Below are positions 49,275-61,419 of a stretch of 64,000 nucleotides of DNA, piece by piece. Location of the stretch: contig NC_057753.1 in NCBI RefSeq assembly GCF_004010195.1, positions 6,619,378-6,683,377 of the forward strand. Direction: 5' to 3'. The stretch is from Chiloscyllium plagiosum (Eukaryota). Position 1 is the first letter of the stretch. Each line of letters opens with the position of its first letter. The translations under genes were made by a program, and so were the position numbers. The notes under the pieces were generated by a model that worked only from the letters and a program-made list of their open reading frames with translations, did not search any database and was not told where the DNA came from.

Positions 49275-52090
49275 GATAGTGTCGAAGCAGAGCGAGATGA
49301 TTTCGAATCTGTTTACGTAGAATTGACGATGCGCAATTGTTAAAAAAATCAATAGTTGTAGTTATATCCAGGCCTGCAAACAGTAGTCAGGAGCTGGGAT
49401 GAAAGATACACCAAGAGATAGAAAACCTGTGTAAGAAGGGCGAGGTTACAGTGATCATGGGCGATTTCAATTTGAAGGTCAATTGGGAAAACCAGGTTGG
49501 TAGTGGTTTGCAAGAAAAGATATTTGTGAAATATCGACGAGATGGTTTTTTGGAGCAGCTTGTGTTGGAGCCCACTTGGGAACAGGAAATACTGGATTTA
49601 GTGTTGCTCAAAGAGGCAGACTTAATGAGACAGGTTCAGGTGAATGGGCCATAATGTGGCAGTGATCATGTGATTAAATTTACTCGGCAATGTGAGAGGC
49701 AGAACTTGCCACCTTCCCCCACCCTCCTCGTTGACCTACCACGTCCGTCCCCACCCCCATTCAGCTATTGTACTCTATGCTACTTTCTACACATCCCCAC
49801 CCTCCTCTCATTTATCTCTCCACCCTGCAGGCACTCTGCCTCTATTCTTGATGAGGGCCTTTGCCTGAAACGTCGATTTTCCTGCTCCTGGATGCAGCCT
49901 GAACTTCTTTGTTTTTCCAGCACCACTCTAATCTCGAGGATGGAATGAGGTGTACGTTATTATAGCTGAATAAAGGTAAATTGAGAGGCATGAGTGCAGA
50001 GCGAAGTAGCATTGCCAGGGGAAGACGCCCAGCAGGAAAAACTTTGGCACACCATTGGCGAGAGTTCTTGGGAGTAATTCAGGAGACACAGCAAAGATTC
50101 ATCATGAGGGAAGTGAAGCATGTTACAGATAGAAGGATGAGGTCATCATGGCTGACCACGGAAGTCAGGGATAGCAAAAAAGCAAAAGGGAAAGCATCTA
50201 ATGTGGCGAAGGGCAGTGGAAAACCAGAGGATTGGGAAGATTTCAAGACCAACATCGGGTAACAAGGAAACAATAAGGAGCAGGAAAATTGAATATTAGG
50301 GTAAGCTAGCCAGTAACAAACAGCAAGACTGTAAGTTTCCGAACATTAAAAAAGTTAAAAGAGAGGCCAAAGTGGAGACTGTTCCCTTGGAAAATGACGC
50401 TGGAGAGATAGTAGTGGGGAACACGGAAACGGCTGAGGAACTCAATAATTAACTCGTTTAATTCTTCATGGTGGAAGACAGGAGTATTATCCTAAAACAA
50501 TCAAGAAAATAAGGGGGCAGAGCTGAGGATGGTGGTCATCACCAAGGAGAAGCCAGAAAACTGAATGGCCGGAAGGTAGCTATTCACCTAAAGTTCAAAG
50601 GAAGACAGCTGAAGAGGTAGTGGAGACGTTAGTGGTGGTCTTTCAGGAATCTGTAGAATCAGGGAGGGTCCCAGAGGACTGTAGAATCTTTAGCTTAAAT
50701 TCCCTGTAAAAAAGGGAGTAAGGGAAAAGACGGAAATTTACAGACCATTTACTCTAACCCCGGTCATGTGTAGGATCCTGAAAACCATCGTGACAGATTC
50801 GATTTCTGAATACTTGAAAGTGTATGGCAAAATAGGGCAAAGTGAGCATAGTTTCCTCAAGGTGACGTCATGCTTGACAAGTTTGGTAGAAGTTTGTGGG
50901 GAAATAACGAGCAGATTGGGCCAAGGAGAGCCAATTGAAGTTATCTCCCTGGACTCTAAAAAGGCCTTCGACCAGGCTGTAACTGAGGAAGATAAGGGCC
51001 CATTATTTTAAAGGCACGTTGTTGGCTGCCTTCCAGAAAGCACAGAGAGGGGATAAAAGCATTTTGCACAGCATGGCAGCTGGTGACATGTGGTGTTCCG
51101 CATGGGTTGTTTGTGGGATCACAAATGTTGACCTTATACATTAACGATCTGGATGAAGCAATTGAGGGCATTCTGGCTAAGTTTGCAGACGATAAAAAGA
51201 TAGGTAGATGCACAGCTCACATTGATGAAACGGTAAAACTGCAGAAGAATTTGGACTGATAAACAGAATCCCCGAAGAAATGGCAGAAGTCATAGAACGT
51301 GGGAAAGTGCAAGGCCATGCAATTTAGTAAAAAGAAAAATGTGTGAAATATTTTCCAAATGGGGAGAAACTTTAGAGATCGGAAATATAAACAGACGTTA
51401 GAGTTATTTTCCAGGATTCTCTCCAGGTTAACTTGCAGATAAAGTCAATAGTTGGGATGACAAATGCAATGATGGCATTTAATTTGAGACCCGTTGAATA
51501 TGAAATCAGCGGTGTACGTCTGAGACTTGGTGAGGCTCTGGTAAGAACAAAATTGGAATTTTGTGCGCAGTTTTGATTGCCATACCTCAGGGACGACTTA
51601 CTGACCCTGGAGAATGATCACAGTCAGTTCATTGGTATGGTTTCAGGAATGAAATGCTCAACACATGAGGAGCGTTTAAAGACACTGGGACTATACTCGA
51701 AGAAGTTTTCAAAGATGAGTGGGTATCTAACTGAAACTTACAGAATATTGAATGGCCTGGACAAATTGGATATTTGAAAGATGTTTCCATGGTAGGAGAG
51801 ACGACGAACCTAAGACAGAACCTTAGCGTAAATGGAGAAGAGATAACGAGGGGCGTCATCAGGCAGTGACTGGTGAATCTATGGAATTCATTTGCAGAGA
51901 AGGCTGTGGTGGCCAGGTGGTGAGTATTCAAGGCTAAGAGAGATTCATTCTTGATTGTTGAGACGACCAAAGTTTACGAATTTAAGTGAGGTAATGGCGT
52001 GGAGAAAATTATCTGCCTTCAATGAATGGTGGAGCAGCCTCGATGGTCTGAATGGCCTAACGTCTGGTCCTGTGTCTTCTGGTGTTATTA
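49275..52090 (+). mobile_element. CR1-type LINE ORF2 (EN to 3' end), decayed
   Basis: IMGDFNLKVNWEN; EQEILDLVL; SLDSKKAFD; FADDKK; tail ctgaatggcctaacgtctggtcctgtgtcttctgg. Confidence 0.9.
49701..49935 (+). mobile_element. Penelope 3' tail insert with degenerate hammerhead (family 2)
   Basis: Pyrimidine-rich segment like 6140-6270, then tTGATGAgggcctttgcctGAAACGTCgattttcctgctcc; interrupts the CR1 EN region. Confidence 0.8.
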
Positions 52091-54188
52091 TCTTCTGGAG
52101 TTATTACCCTTGCCTTTGGTTCCCTTGAAGACTAATGGTTTCCAGCTGTCCATGGGCAAGGAAACCTCCCACTGATTTCCGTGTATAGTCTTCTCTCAGC
52201 TGACGTGTCAGTGCTTCTTCAATTTGTAAAAGACTTGGAGGAAGCACTGAGGAAAACAATCGCGCAATATATACTGTAAGCGGGAGGTTTCTACATCTAC
52301 CACAGAGCAGCTAGGCAGCAGTACTCCTGATTACGTTAGTGGGATCCGAACCGACAGAGCTGCTGGACTGTTTCTGTGGCAGGTGGTGAGGGAATCAAAA
52401 AAGAGGAAAAAAACATACTTGACTTCGTACTTAATAATCTGACAGTTGCAGGCGCATCTGTCTGTAAGAATATCGTTAAGAGTGACCACTTACACAGTAC
52501 TTGGGGAGACAAAAACCGACCTTCACTTTGAGAGTATACTGCATCGTGTTGTTAGGCACTATCGTCATTCATTGTAGGAACATATCGAGCAACTCACGAC
52601 TGGAACTCCATAACTCAAAGTGGAAGATCAGTAATAGAATTGCACTTTGGCGCAATCTGTAGCACCATATATCGTTATGTCCCACAACCAACTATTCCAA
52701 CTGAGCCATGAAATCAGTTCTGGTTCAATTAGAGTACAGGAGGGCATGCTTGGAGCATTACCACGCATACCTAGAAGTGAGGTTTCAATTGCTCAAATTG
52801 CCAATCCGGAATGCATCGCAAGAGATAGAGCTAAATTACCTCACAACCAAAAGATCATAAATAAGGTCTGCAAAGCACAGTCATGACTGTCGATAATCAA
52901 TTGAACCACTCACTGGAAGAGGCAGCTCCACAAATATCCCCACCCTCACTGATGGAAGTGTCCAAGTTATTGACGCGAACATAGAACATAGAACATTGAA
53001 CATAGAACATAGAACAATATAGCACAGAACCGGCCCTTTGCCCACGATGTTGTGCCGAACATTTGTCCTAGCTTAAGCACCAATGATTCTGTCTCTGCCA
53101 CTCCCACAGGCAGCGCATTCCATGCCCCCACCACTCTCTGGGTAAAGAACCTACCCTGACATCCCCCCTATATCTTTCACCCTTCACCTTAAATTTATGT
53201 CCCCTGTAACACTCTGTTGTACCCGGGGAAAAAGTTTCTGACTGTCTACTCTATCTATTCCTCTGATCATCATATAAACCTCTATCAAGTCACCCCTCTT
53301 CCTTCGCTGTTGCAATGAGAAAAGGCCTAACACTCTCAACCTATCCTCGTACGACCTATTCTCCATTCCAGGCAACATCCTGGTAAATCTTCTCTGCACC
53401 CTCTCCAAAGCTCCCACATCTTTCCTAAAGTGAGGCGACCAGAACTGCACACAGTACTCCAAATGTGGCCTAAACAAAGTCCTGTACAGATTCTTATTTG
53501 TCCTTCCAAAGTGGACAACCTCACACTTGACAGGGTTGAACTCCATCTGCCATTTCTCAGCCAAGCTCTGCATCATATCTAAGTTTCTTTGCAGCCGACA
53601 ACAGCCCTCCTCATTATCCAAAGCTCCACCAATCTTCGTATCATCTGCAAAATTACTGACCCACTCTTCGACTCCCTCTTCCAAGGCATTAATAAAAATT
53701 ACAAACAGCAGAGGACCCAGAACTGATGCCTGCGGAATTCCACTTGTAACTGTGCTCCAGGCTGAATAATTACCATCTGCCACCACATTCTCTGACTTCG
53801 ACCGGTTAGCCAGTTTTCTATCCAACTGACCAAGTTTCCCTCTATCCCATGCCTTCTGACTTTCCGCATAAGCCTACCATGCGGAACCTTATCAAATGCC
53901 TTACTAAAATCCATGTACATTACATCCACTGCTCTACCCTCATCCACATGCTTGGTCACCTCCTCAAAGAATTCAATAAGACTTGTAAGGCAAGACCTAC
54001 CCTTCACAAATCCGTGCTGGCTGTCCCTAACTAAGCAGTGTCTTTCCAGATACTCATAAATCCTATCCCTCAGTACCCTTTCCATTACATTACCTACCAC
54101 CGAAGTAAGACTAATTGGCCTGTAATTCCCGCGGTTACCCCTATTCTCTTTTTTGAACAGGGGCACAACATTCACCACTCTCCAGTCC

Positions 54189-54219
54189 NNNNNNNNNNNN
54201 NNNNNNNNNNNNNNNNNNN
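54189..54219. other. Assembly gap (31 N)
   Basis: Run of N inside CR1. Confidence 1.
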
Positions 54220-54680
54220 ACTCAATACACAGTCTTCCACTACTGTCCTTGATTGGACCTACCCTCGTTCTCGTCATTCTCTGGTTTCTCACATACGCAT
54301 AAAATGCCTTTGGGTTATCCTTGATCCTATCCGCCAAAGATTTTTCATGCCCTCTCTTGGCTCTCCTAATCCCTTTCTTCAGGTCCCTTCTGGCTATCCT
54401 GTATCCCTCCACTGCTCTGTCTGAACCCTGTTTCCTCAACCTTATGTAAGCCTCCTTCTTCCTCTTTACAAGACATTCAACCTCCCTCGTCAAGTAAGGT
54501 TCCCTCACACGACCATCTCTTTCCTGCCTGACAGGTACATACATATCAAGGACACGTCGTATCTGTTCCTGGAAAAAGTTCTACATTTACACGACATCCT
54601 TCCCTGACAGCCTATGCTCCCAATTTATGCTCCTTGGATCCTGTCTTACAGTATCGTATTTACCCTTCCCCCATTGTAAA

Positions 54681-54784
54681 TCCCTGACAGGATTCCTGAA
54701 GAAGGGCTTATGCCCGAAACGTCGATTCTCCTGTTCCCTGGATGCTGCATGACCTGCTGCGCTTCTCCAGCAACACATTTTCAG
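54681..54784 (+). mobile_element. 104 bp family-2 hammerhead insert flanked by an 86 bp direct duplication
   Basis: 54595-54680 is repeated at 54785-54870 with 2 mismatches; the insert lies between the copies. Confidence 0.9.
54691..54728 (+). ncRNA. Predicted minimal type I hammerhead ribozyme, best-preserved copy
   Basis: GAUUC-CUGAAGA-a-GGGC-uuau-GCCC-GAAA-C-GUC^GAUUC: full core, perfect stem II, GUC triplet (cleavage predicted after 54723), palindromic ACGU, stem I 4 of 5 pairs. Confidence 0.75.
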
Positions 54785-57009
54785 CATCCTTCCCTGACAG
54801 CCTATGCTCCCAATTTATGCTCCTCAGATCCTGTCTTACAGTATCGTATTTACCCTTCCCCCATTGTAAAACCTACCCTGTTGCACGCACCTATCTCTCT
54901 CCATAACCAAGGTGAAAGTACACAGAACTGTGGTCACCATCACCAAAATGTTCACCCAAAAGGTTAAGACTGAAACATTTTCAACAATCCTCAGCCGGAA
55001 TATCCAAGTGATGATGTCTCTCGACTTTTTCTACTGTTCACCACTTTTGTACATGCCAGTTTTCAGCCAATTTCATTCACTACATGCGATATCAAAGAAT
55101 GGTTGGAGACACTGTATGCGGTAAATGCTATGGAACATGAGAACATTCTGGCAATATTAATGAAGAACTATGCTCCAGAATTGCTATCATCAGGCCAATC
55201 ATTTCCAAGCAAGCTGCAGCACTGGCGTCGACTCGATAGTGTGAATCATTGATCACGTGATGTCCTGGACACAAGATTTAATAGAAGCACCCAACAGTCT
55301 TCTCTCAGTCATCAGTAAAATGGTGGAAGGTGCCAACAACAATATTACAAAGCAGCACCTACTCAGCTGTACCCTTCACAGTGACGCCCAGTTTAATTTC
55401 CATTAAGGCCACTCAGCTCCTGAAATTGTCACAGACTTGACTCAGAATTTGACAAATTACCTAAATTCTAGAGGTAAGCTGAGCGTGACTGAATAGACTT
55501 GCACCAAGATCCCTTATATCCACTTCACTGAAATTAACCGACTCTACCCTCTTCTTAACTCATCGGTTGAAATTCTCATTCATTTCTGTGAAACCTGAAG
55601 ACTTAAGTATCCGAACATACTCCTGGATGACCTCCCAGATTAAAGGTTCCTGCAATCTCAATAATAACTAAACACTGCTGCCCAGGTGTTCACTGCATAC
55701 AAGATTTATTCAACCATTGCTCCTGTGCTCCCTGACCCACAAAGACTCCTATTTATAGACAGTAATGTATTTTTTTTGCTCTTGGTTTCTTTCCTGGTTG
55801 GGATCATCTGCATCCCCTGCACCGCACGACCTTTGAGAACATCCGTTTTCTAATTTGAACAATGTGTTTATTCATTGCTCCAACATTGGTGGTTCTTTCA
55901 ATAGTTGCCAACGCTACACGTTTTGGACTTCCTACCAGAAACCTGTCAGGTCTTTTTTCCACCTTTAAGATGCTCAGGAAAATCTGATGTGGAAATGCGT
56001 TTGGCCATCTGTATTCTCATGTCAACAGTTTCTTGTTAAAATTTTTGTGAAATTAGAAACGTAATAATGTTATAATTTATTGGGTATTTCGACACATAGC
56101 GTCGACTTTTCATGAAAACTGCTGAAGTAATATGTAACTCCTTACCTGACCACATTGTGGAATCCTTTCATCAACTGAACTGCAGCGGTGCAAGAATATT
56201 ACACCTCACGTACCCCACGGGCAAACAAGATTAAGCAACAACTCCTGTATATGTGGACGAAGAATCAGGGTTCATGTTTCAGGAGGAGAAAAATGAATTA
56301 TAGTAAATGAAAATATTGAGAATTTCATCGTCATAAAAACGAGGGAAATGGACTGAGTGGGTAAAGAAAGAATTCCCGACTGCAAAAAAATAACTTGGAA
56401 TATTCCAACTGGTAATAGAGCAGCATATGATTGTTGAATGACAACAGCAGAAAACTGCTTTACGAAATTGTAAACAAGGCGTTTGACACACTTGCCTTCA
56501 TTGATCGTATCATTGAAGATACGTGTCGGACGTCATGATGCAGTTGGAACACTACATACAATTTTGGTTTACCTTCGATAGAAAGAATGCTGTTAACCTT
56601 GAGAGACTGCAGGAAAGATTTGCAAGAAAATTCCTGGGATTCGAGTGTTTGAGAGAAAGAGAAAGGCTGCATTGTCTTTTTTATTAACCTGAAAAGTTAG
56701 ATAGTGAGGAATTTTGAGCCCAGGCACACACACGAGAATATTAGGACAGGTGACTAAAAGCTGGGTCAAAGAGCTAAATTCTACATCGCATCCGGAATGA
56801 TGAAATTGTACTTTGAATTCAGAAGACTGAGGGAGTAGATTGATAAGCGTATCGCTTTGGAAAGGGAAAACATTAAAAACGTGAAAGAAATGGACTGATA
56901 GAATTAGAAGCCCATAGATGGTTGGAGGTCAGTGAGAGCAAACGTCTCGTAAGAAAATCTGGAAAAACCTTGGATGCTGGAAATCAGAAGCAGAAGCAGA
57001 TATTGTTGT

Positions 57010-58070
57010 CGACAAGAGTAAGATTGGGGACTATCAATGACAGTATTGGGAAGTCAAGTGCGTTGACTGAAGAGATAGCGGAGGTGTAAACTGAATATTT
57101 TTCATCAGCATTCACACAGAAATAAGATTATGATATCGAGGACATTCCCAAGATACAGTTTATTTGACTCGACGGGATTGAGGTCCAGAATGAGGAGTTG
57201 TTAGCAATTCTGGAAAGTGTCAAAATAGATAAGGCCCCTGGGGCTAATGGGATTTATCCAAGGATTCCCTGGGAAGCTATGGAGAAGATTGCAGAGACTT
57301 TGATTTCAATGTTTATGCCGTACTTGTCTACAGGATTAGTGCTCGAAGACCGAATGATAGGAAATGCTGTCCCAATGTTCAAGAAGGGGATTTGAGACAA
57401 CCCTGGTAATTATTTCAGTTATGGGTAAGATGTTGGAAAGGGTGAGAAGAGATAGGATGTATAAACATGAAGAAAGGAATTATTTTAATTGGGGATGGTT
57501 TACACTGTTTTATGAAGGGTCGGTCGTGCCTCACAAACCTTACTGAGTTCTTCGAGAAGGTGACCAAATAGGTGGATGAGGGTAAAGCGGTTCATGCGGT
57601 TTATATGGATATGAGTGAAACGTTCGATCAGGTTCCCCACGATGACCTATTGGAGGAATTACGGAGGCTTAGGGTTGAGGGTAATTTAGCGGTTTGGCTC
57701 AGAAATTACCTTGCTGAAAGAAGACAGGGGCTGGTGTCTGATGAGCAGTGTTTGTCCTGGAGTTCAGTTACTCGTGGTGTACCGCAAAAAAATGTTTTGC
57801 GGCCACTGCTGCTTGTCATTTTCATAAATAAAATGGATGCGTGCATAGATGGTTGAGTAAGCAAATTTGTAGATGTTATTAAAGTCTGTGGCGTTGTGGG
57901 CAGTGTGGAAGGATGTTTCAAGTTACAGAAGCACATAGATAAACTGCAGAGCTGAGCAAATGGAGTTTAATGCGTAAAAGTGTGAGGTGATCCACTTTGG
58001 AAGGAGTAACAGCAATACAGAATACATGGTTTATGGTAAGATCTTTGGAAGTGTGGATGAGCAAGGTGAC
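57010..58070 (+). mobile_element. CR1-type LINE RT fragment
   Basis: KIDKAPGANGIYPRI; VYMDMSETFDQVPH; VTRGVPQKNVLRPLL. Confidence 0.88.
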
Positions 58071-59671
58071 ATGGAGGTGGACTGTGGCAGGCTGACTGGG
58101 AGTGTATTGGGGTCATTAAGTCTGGAAGTAAAAGAGACATGGATGAGAGTAACTTACGCAGGTGAACTGAGATGTTTTTGAAGATGAAGTATCAGTGTTT
58201 TTTGTGAAGATGGGGTATATGTGATGGGACGTTCATCTTGGGGATAAATATCTCACGACAGCCGTGACCATTCTGCTTCAGGTTCAGATAGATTTCTGGA
58301 AGATGGTGGAGCCAGCGGTGAGGAAGTGGAGTTCATCTCCAAGTCTGGATTGACAATCAGAATTCCACGATTTTGTGTGGACCATGCCCCTTTTCAGGCA
58401 GGAGAAGACTTGTTAGTAGAGCTGAGTTTTTAATCAACTTTATTGAGAACATGCATGGAGAACGGTATCGGTTGTTAAGCAGACTAAAGTGATAAACTCA
58501 GGCAAAGGTTGACAGTGATTTTCACTGCTCAAACCAATAACTGAACAGTACAACAGTGAAAGCACTTCTTGTATATTTTGCTGCCTCTGTCATCAGCTCT
58601 TTGTCTTTCTTGAGTCTTCATCTCTGATTCTGGTTGCTCTCCATGGCAAAGACCTTTCTAGGATGTTTGATATCTTGGATCTTCTCTGATTAACCTTCTT
58701 CTGCTCCTAGTCATATTTCATATGAGCAAGGCACACCTGACTTAACAATGTGATATTCTGCATATCCATCATAATTTTCCCTTCCTCACACGTCAGGAAT
58801 GCTATATTTACTAGACTCGCTTCACTCACATTCATCAATGCGCTGACACATATTTCAAGAGCTAACTTTAGGTTTTAGCTGCAGGAAGACTTTTCAAATC
58901 CGAATTAAATTTTTCAGGATCTCTGACTCGGTATAGTTCCAATCAAGTTTCTATATTTTCTTCATCTACTGCACTTAAAATGCAAGATTCAAAGGACAAT
59001 CAATGCTAGTTTCGAATGATCAAATTAAATGAGAATGCGTACTGGAGGTAATTCACCATCGCTACCTCCAAGTGAGTACCCAGTATTGTCTTGTGGCGAG
59101 GTCCGGGATGCACTAGAAAACTGTAAAGTGCCTACTTCCTATTTCTTTTTTTTCCCTTCTATTCTTTTTTTTTCATTTTATACTAAATAATCTGGTATAT
59201 TTGTACGTAAGATCGTGCAGCTAAAATAGTCAGTGACTGTGTGGCTGGTTTATATCAGGCAGGAGATAATTGATGCCATTGACTGTGTGGATGACTTGCA
59301 TCAGAATTGAGGAGATTCACATCAGTGACTGTGGGATTGGTTCATAACAGAAATATGGAGTTTAGTGTCAGTGACTGTGGGACTGTGCTTTTTTTAATCA
59401 TTCAAAAGGATATCGGTGTCAGAGAATTTGGGACCATTGCTTATCGGACTGATGTGTATTGGTGTCAAGGATTGCGTGGTTGGTTTGTATCAATTAGGAA
59501 GAGACTGGTTGATGACGTAATTCAGCTGAAATTTACTCAGTCGTCTGAACCAAGTCATTAATACAGATTGTAAATCATTGCTGATTCCACAGCAATTTCG
59601 TAGCAATTCCACTAGGTATAGCTTTACAAACTGAGAATAAACATTTCCTTCTACTATGTACTTATTTGTCG

Positions 59672-59845
59672 TGTGGAGGTGCTGGTGTTAGACTGGGGTA
59701 GACAAAGTTAATTTGGATACTTTGATCTTTTAATCATGTGTCCCATGATCCTGCTTAACAAGGTACCTGCCGAAAGAGCTGCGCTCTGAAAGCAAGTATT
59801 TCCAAATAAACGCTTTAGCATATAAAATTCTCTTCTGTGTATTTA
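59672..59845. mobile_element. Degenerate family-1 Penelope-derived insert
   Basis: ggaggtgctggtgttagactggggtagacaaagtta matches 34543-34578; gagctgcgctctgaaagcaagtatttccaaataaac matches the hammerhead arm. Confidence 0.6.
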
Positions 59846-60411
59846 TTTATCTAACCAGTGAACCCCTAATCCCGTGCTGCATCCTTGAACGTTTGACCGC
59901 CATGTGCTGTGCTGTAAAATGTGCGCAATCGTTTGAATATCAAATTCTATCCTTGTCTAATTTATTAGAGGGAAAGATCGGTCACCTTCTGTATCTTTAC
60001 ACGGATCCCCGACTGGATGACTGGGGTCTTACCCAAATTCGAATACCTCAAATTGTTGAAAAAAATGATAACACATCTCTTCGTAGCAGCAGTTGATTCC
60101 ATTTTTGACTCATTCAGCACATTATACCTACTGAAATATTCAGAGAGCCTATGTGTTCTGATTGTGTTTGAACACACTTCCCTGCCTCTTCCCAAGAAGT
60201 ATTGACTCCCCCGTCCATCAAAGATCAATTGAGTTGAGCATGCTCCATAACGGATTTATCACTGCTCGCTGGGGATGCGAATGCCACAGATAGCACAAGA
60301 CGAAGGGGAAAGGAATACCCTTAACTCAGTCTCAGATAGGAGGGCCTGGTTTTTTAAAGTGAGCTAAACTCACGCCATGTCACCACCCATTATAACCTGA
60401 ACGTTAGAACA

Positions 60412-60933
60412 CTTAGAAAGATGCTGTGAAACTTGAAAGGGTTCCGAAAATATTTCCAAGGATGTTGCCAAAGTTGGAGGACTTGAGCTACAAGGAGAGG
60501 CTGATCAGGCTGGAGCTGTTTGCCCTGGAGTGTCGGAGGCTGAGGGGTGACCTAATAGAGGTTTACAAAATTCTGAGGGGAATGGATAGGATAAATAGAC
60601 AAAGTATTTTCCCCGGGTCAAGGAGTCCAGGATTAGAGGGCATAGGTTTAAGTTAAGAGGGGAAAGATATAAAAGCGACCTACTGGGCAACCTTTTCACG
60701 CAGAGGGTGGCACGTGTATGGAATGAGCTGCCAGAGGATGTGGTGGAGGCTGGTACAATTGCAACATTTAAGAGGCATTTGGATGGGTATATGACGAGGA
60801 AGGGTTTGGACAGATGTGGGCAGGGTCCTGGCAGGTGGGTCTAGATTGGGTTGGGATATCTAGTCGGCATGGACGGTTTGGACCGAAGGGTCTGTTTCCA
60901 TGTTGTGCATCTCTATGACTCTATTACTCTATA
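60412..60933 (+). mobile_element. CR1-type LINE 3' end
   Basis: KLERVPKIFPRMLPKLEDLSYKERL...RLRGDLIEVYKILRGMDR; tail ctctatgactctattactctat. Confidence 0.92.
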
Positions 60934-61419
60934 TAATCCATTATCATTCAGCCTAAAAAGAGGAAGCCTCGATGAATCTCAATGCGAAAGTTTTTTTTGT
61001 GAAATTATTGCAATATTCAGTCCGATAAGTCGAAGTCTGTGATTATCGTCCTCCTAATTTTAAAGCTTCACAACAAATGTTTTTCTAACATGCTCCACCA
61101 TTCAAGCTCACACAAAATCCTGATCACCGATCATTCCTGGAGGTACTCCCCCATGTTGCATGACTGCCTCTAAATGTCTTCATTTCAGCATTCTTAAACC
61201 TACAAACGCATTCCTCAATGATGATATTCTCTCAGTCTCCTTCTCCGTCTTTTTCCAATCTGCTCCCAATTGTTCTCATTTATACTAATTCCCCTTGCAT
61301 TTCTGTATGGCAATCATTTTCACTTCAGCAACAATCCTTGACATGGCACAATCAACATATGTATCTGTAAGTGGATGGGAGCTAACATCTTGCCATGCCT
61401 AGAATGGAATTCCCATTTT

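Larger units (their letters stand above)
52977..54960 (-). mobile_element. Young CR1-type LINE, 5'-truncated, with (CATAGAA)n tail
   Basis: Long near-open frames YMDFSKAFDKVPH, GIPQASVLGPLLF, FADDTKIGG, RPHLEYCVQFWSP; 7-mer tail at 52977-53016; internal deletion near 53490. Confidence 0.95.
49040..55490 (+). mobile_element. Old LINE (EN-RT) split into three pieces (~49040-49272, ~52120-52975, ~54965-55490) by younger CR1 insertions
   Basis: Piece 1 GLVPKS*ELSHKIFKLQPDVVIFTKSFL (EN N-terminus); piece 2 later EN motifs (ILD.VLNNL, SDH); piece 3 pre-RT/RT start. The pieces are colinear. Confidence 0.6.

Noticed and set aside
34540..54784. Targeting of hammerhead inserts to CR1 elements
   Set aside because: CR1 covers about half of the window and the insertion sites share no obvious sequence, so chance is sufficient at this sample size.
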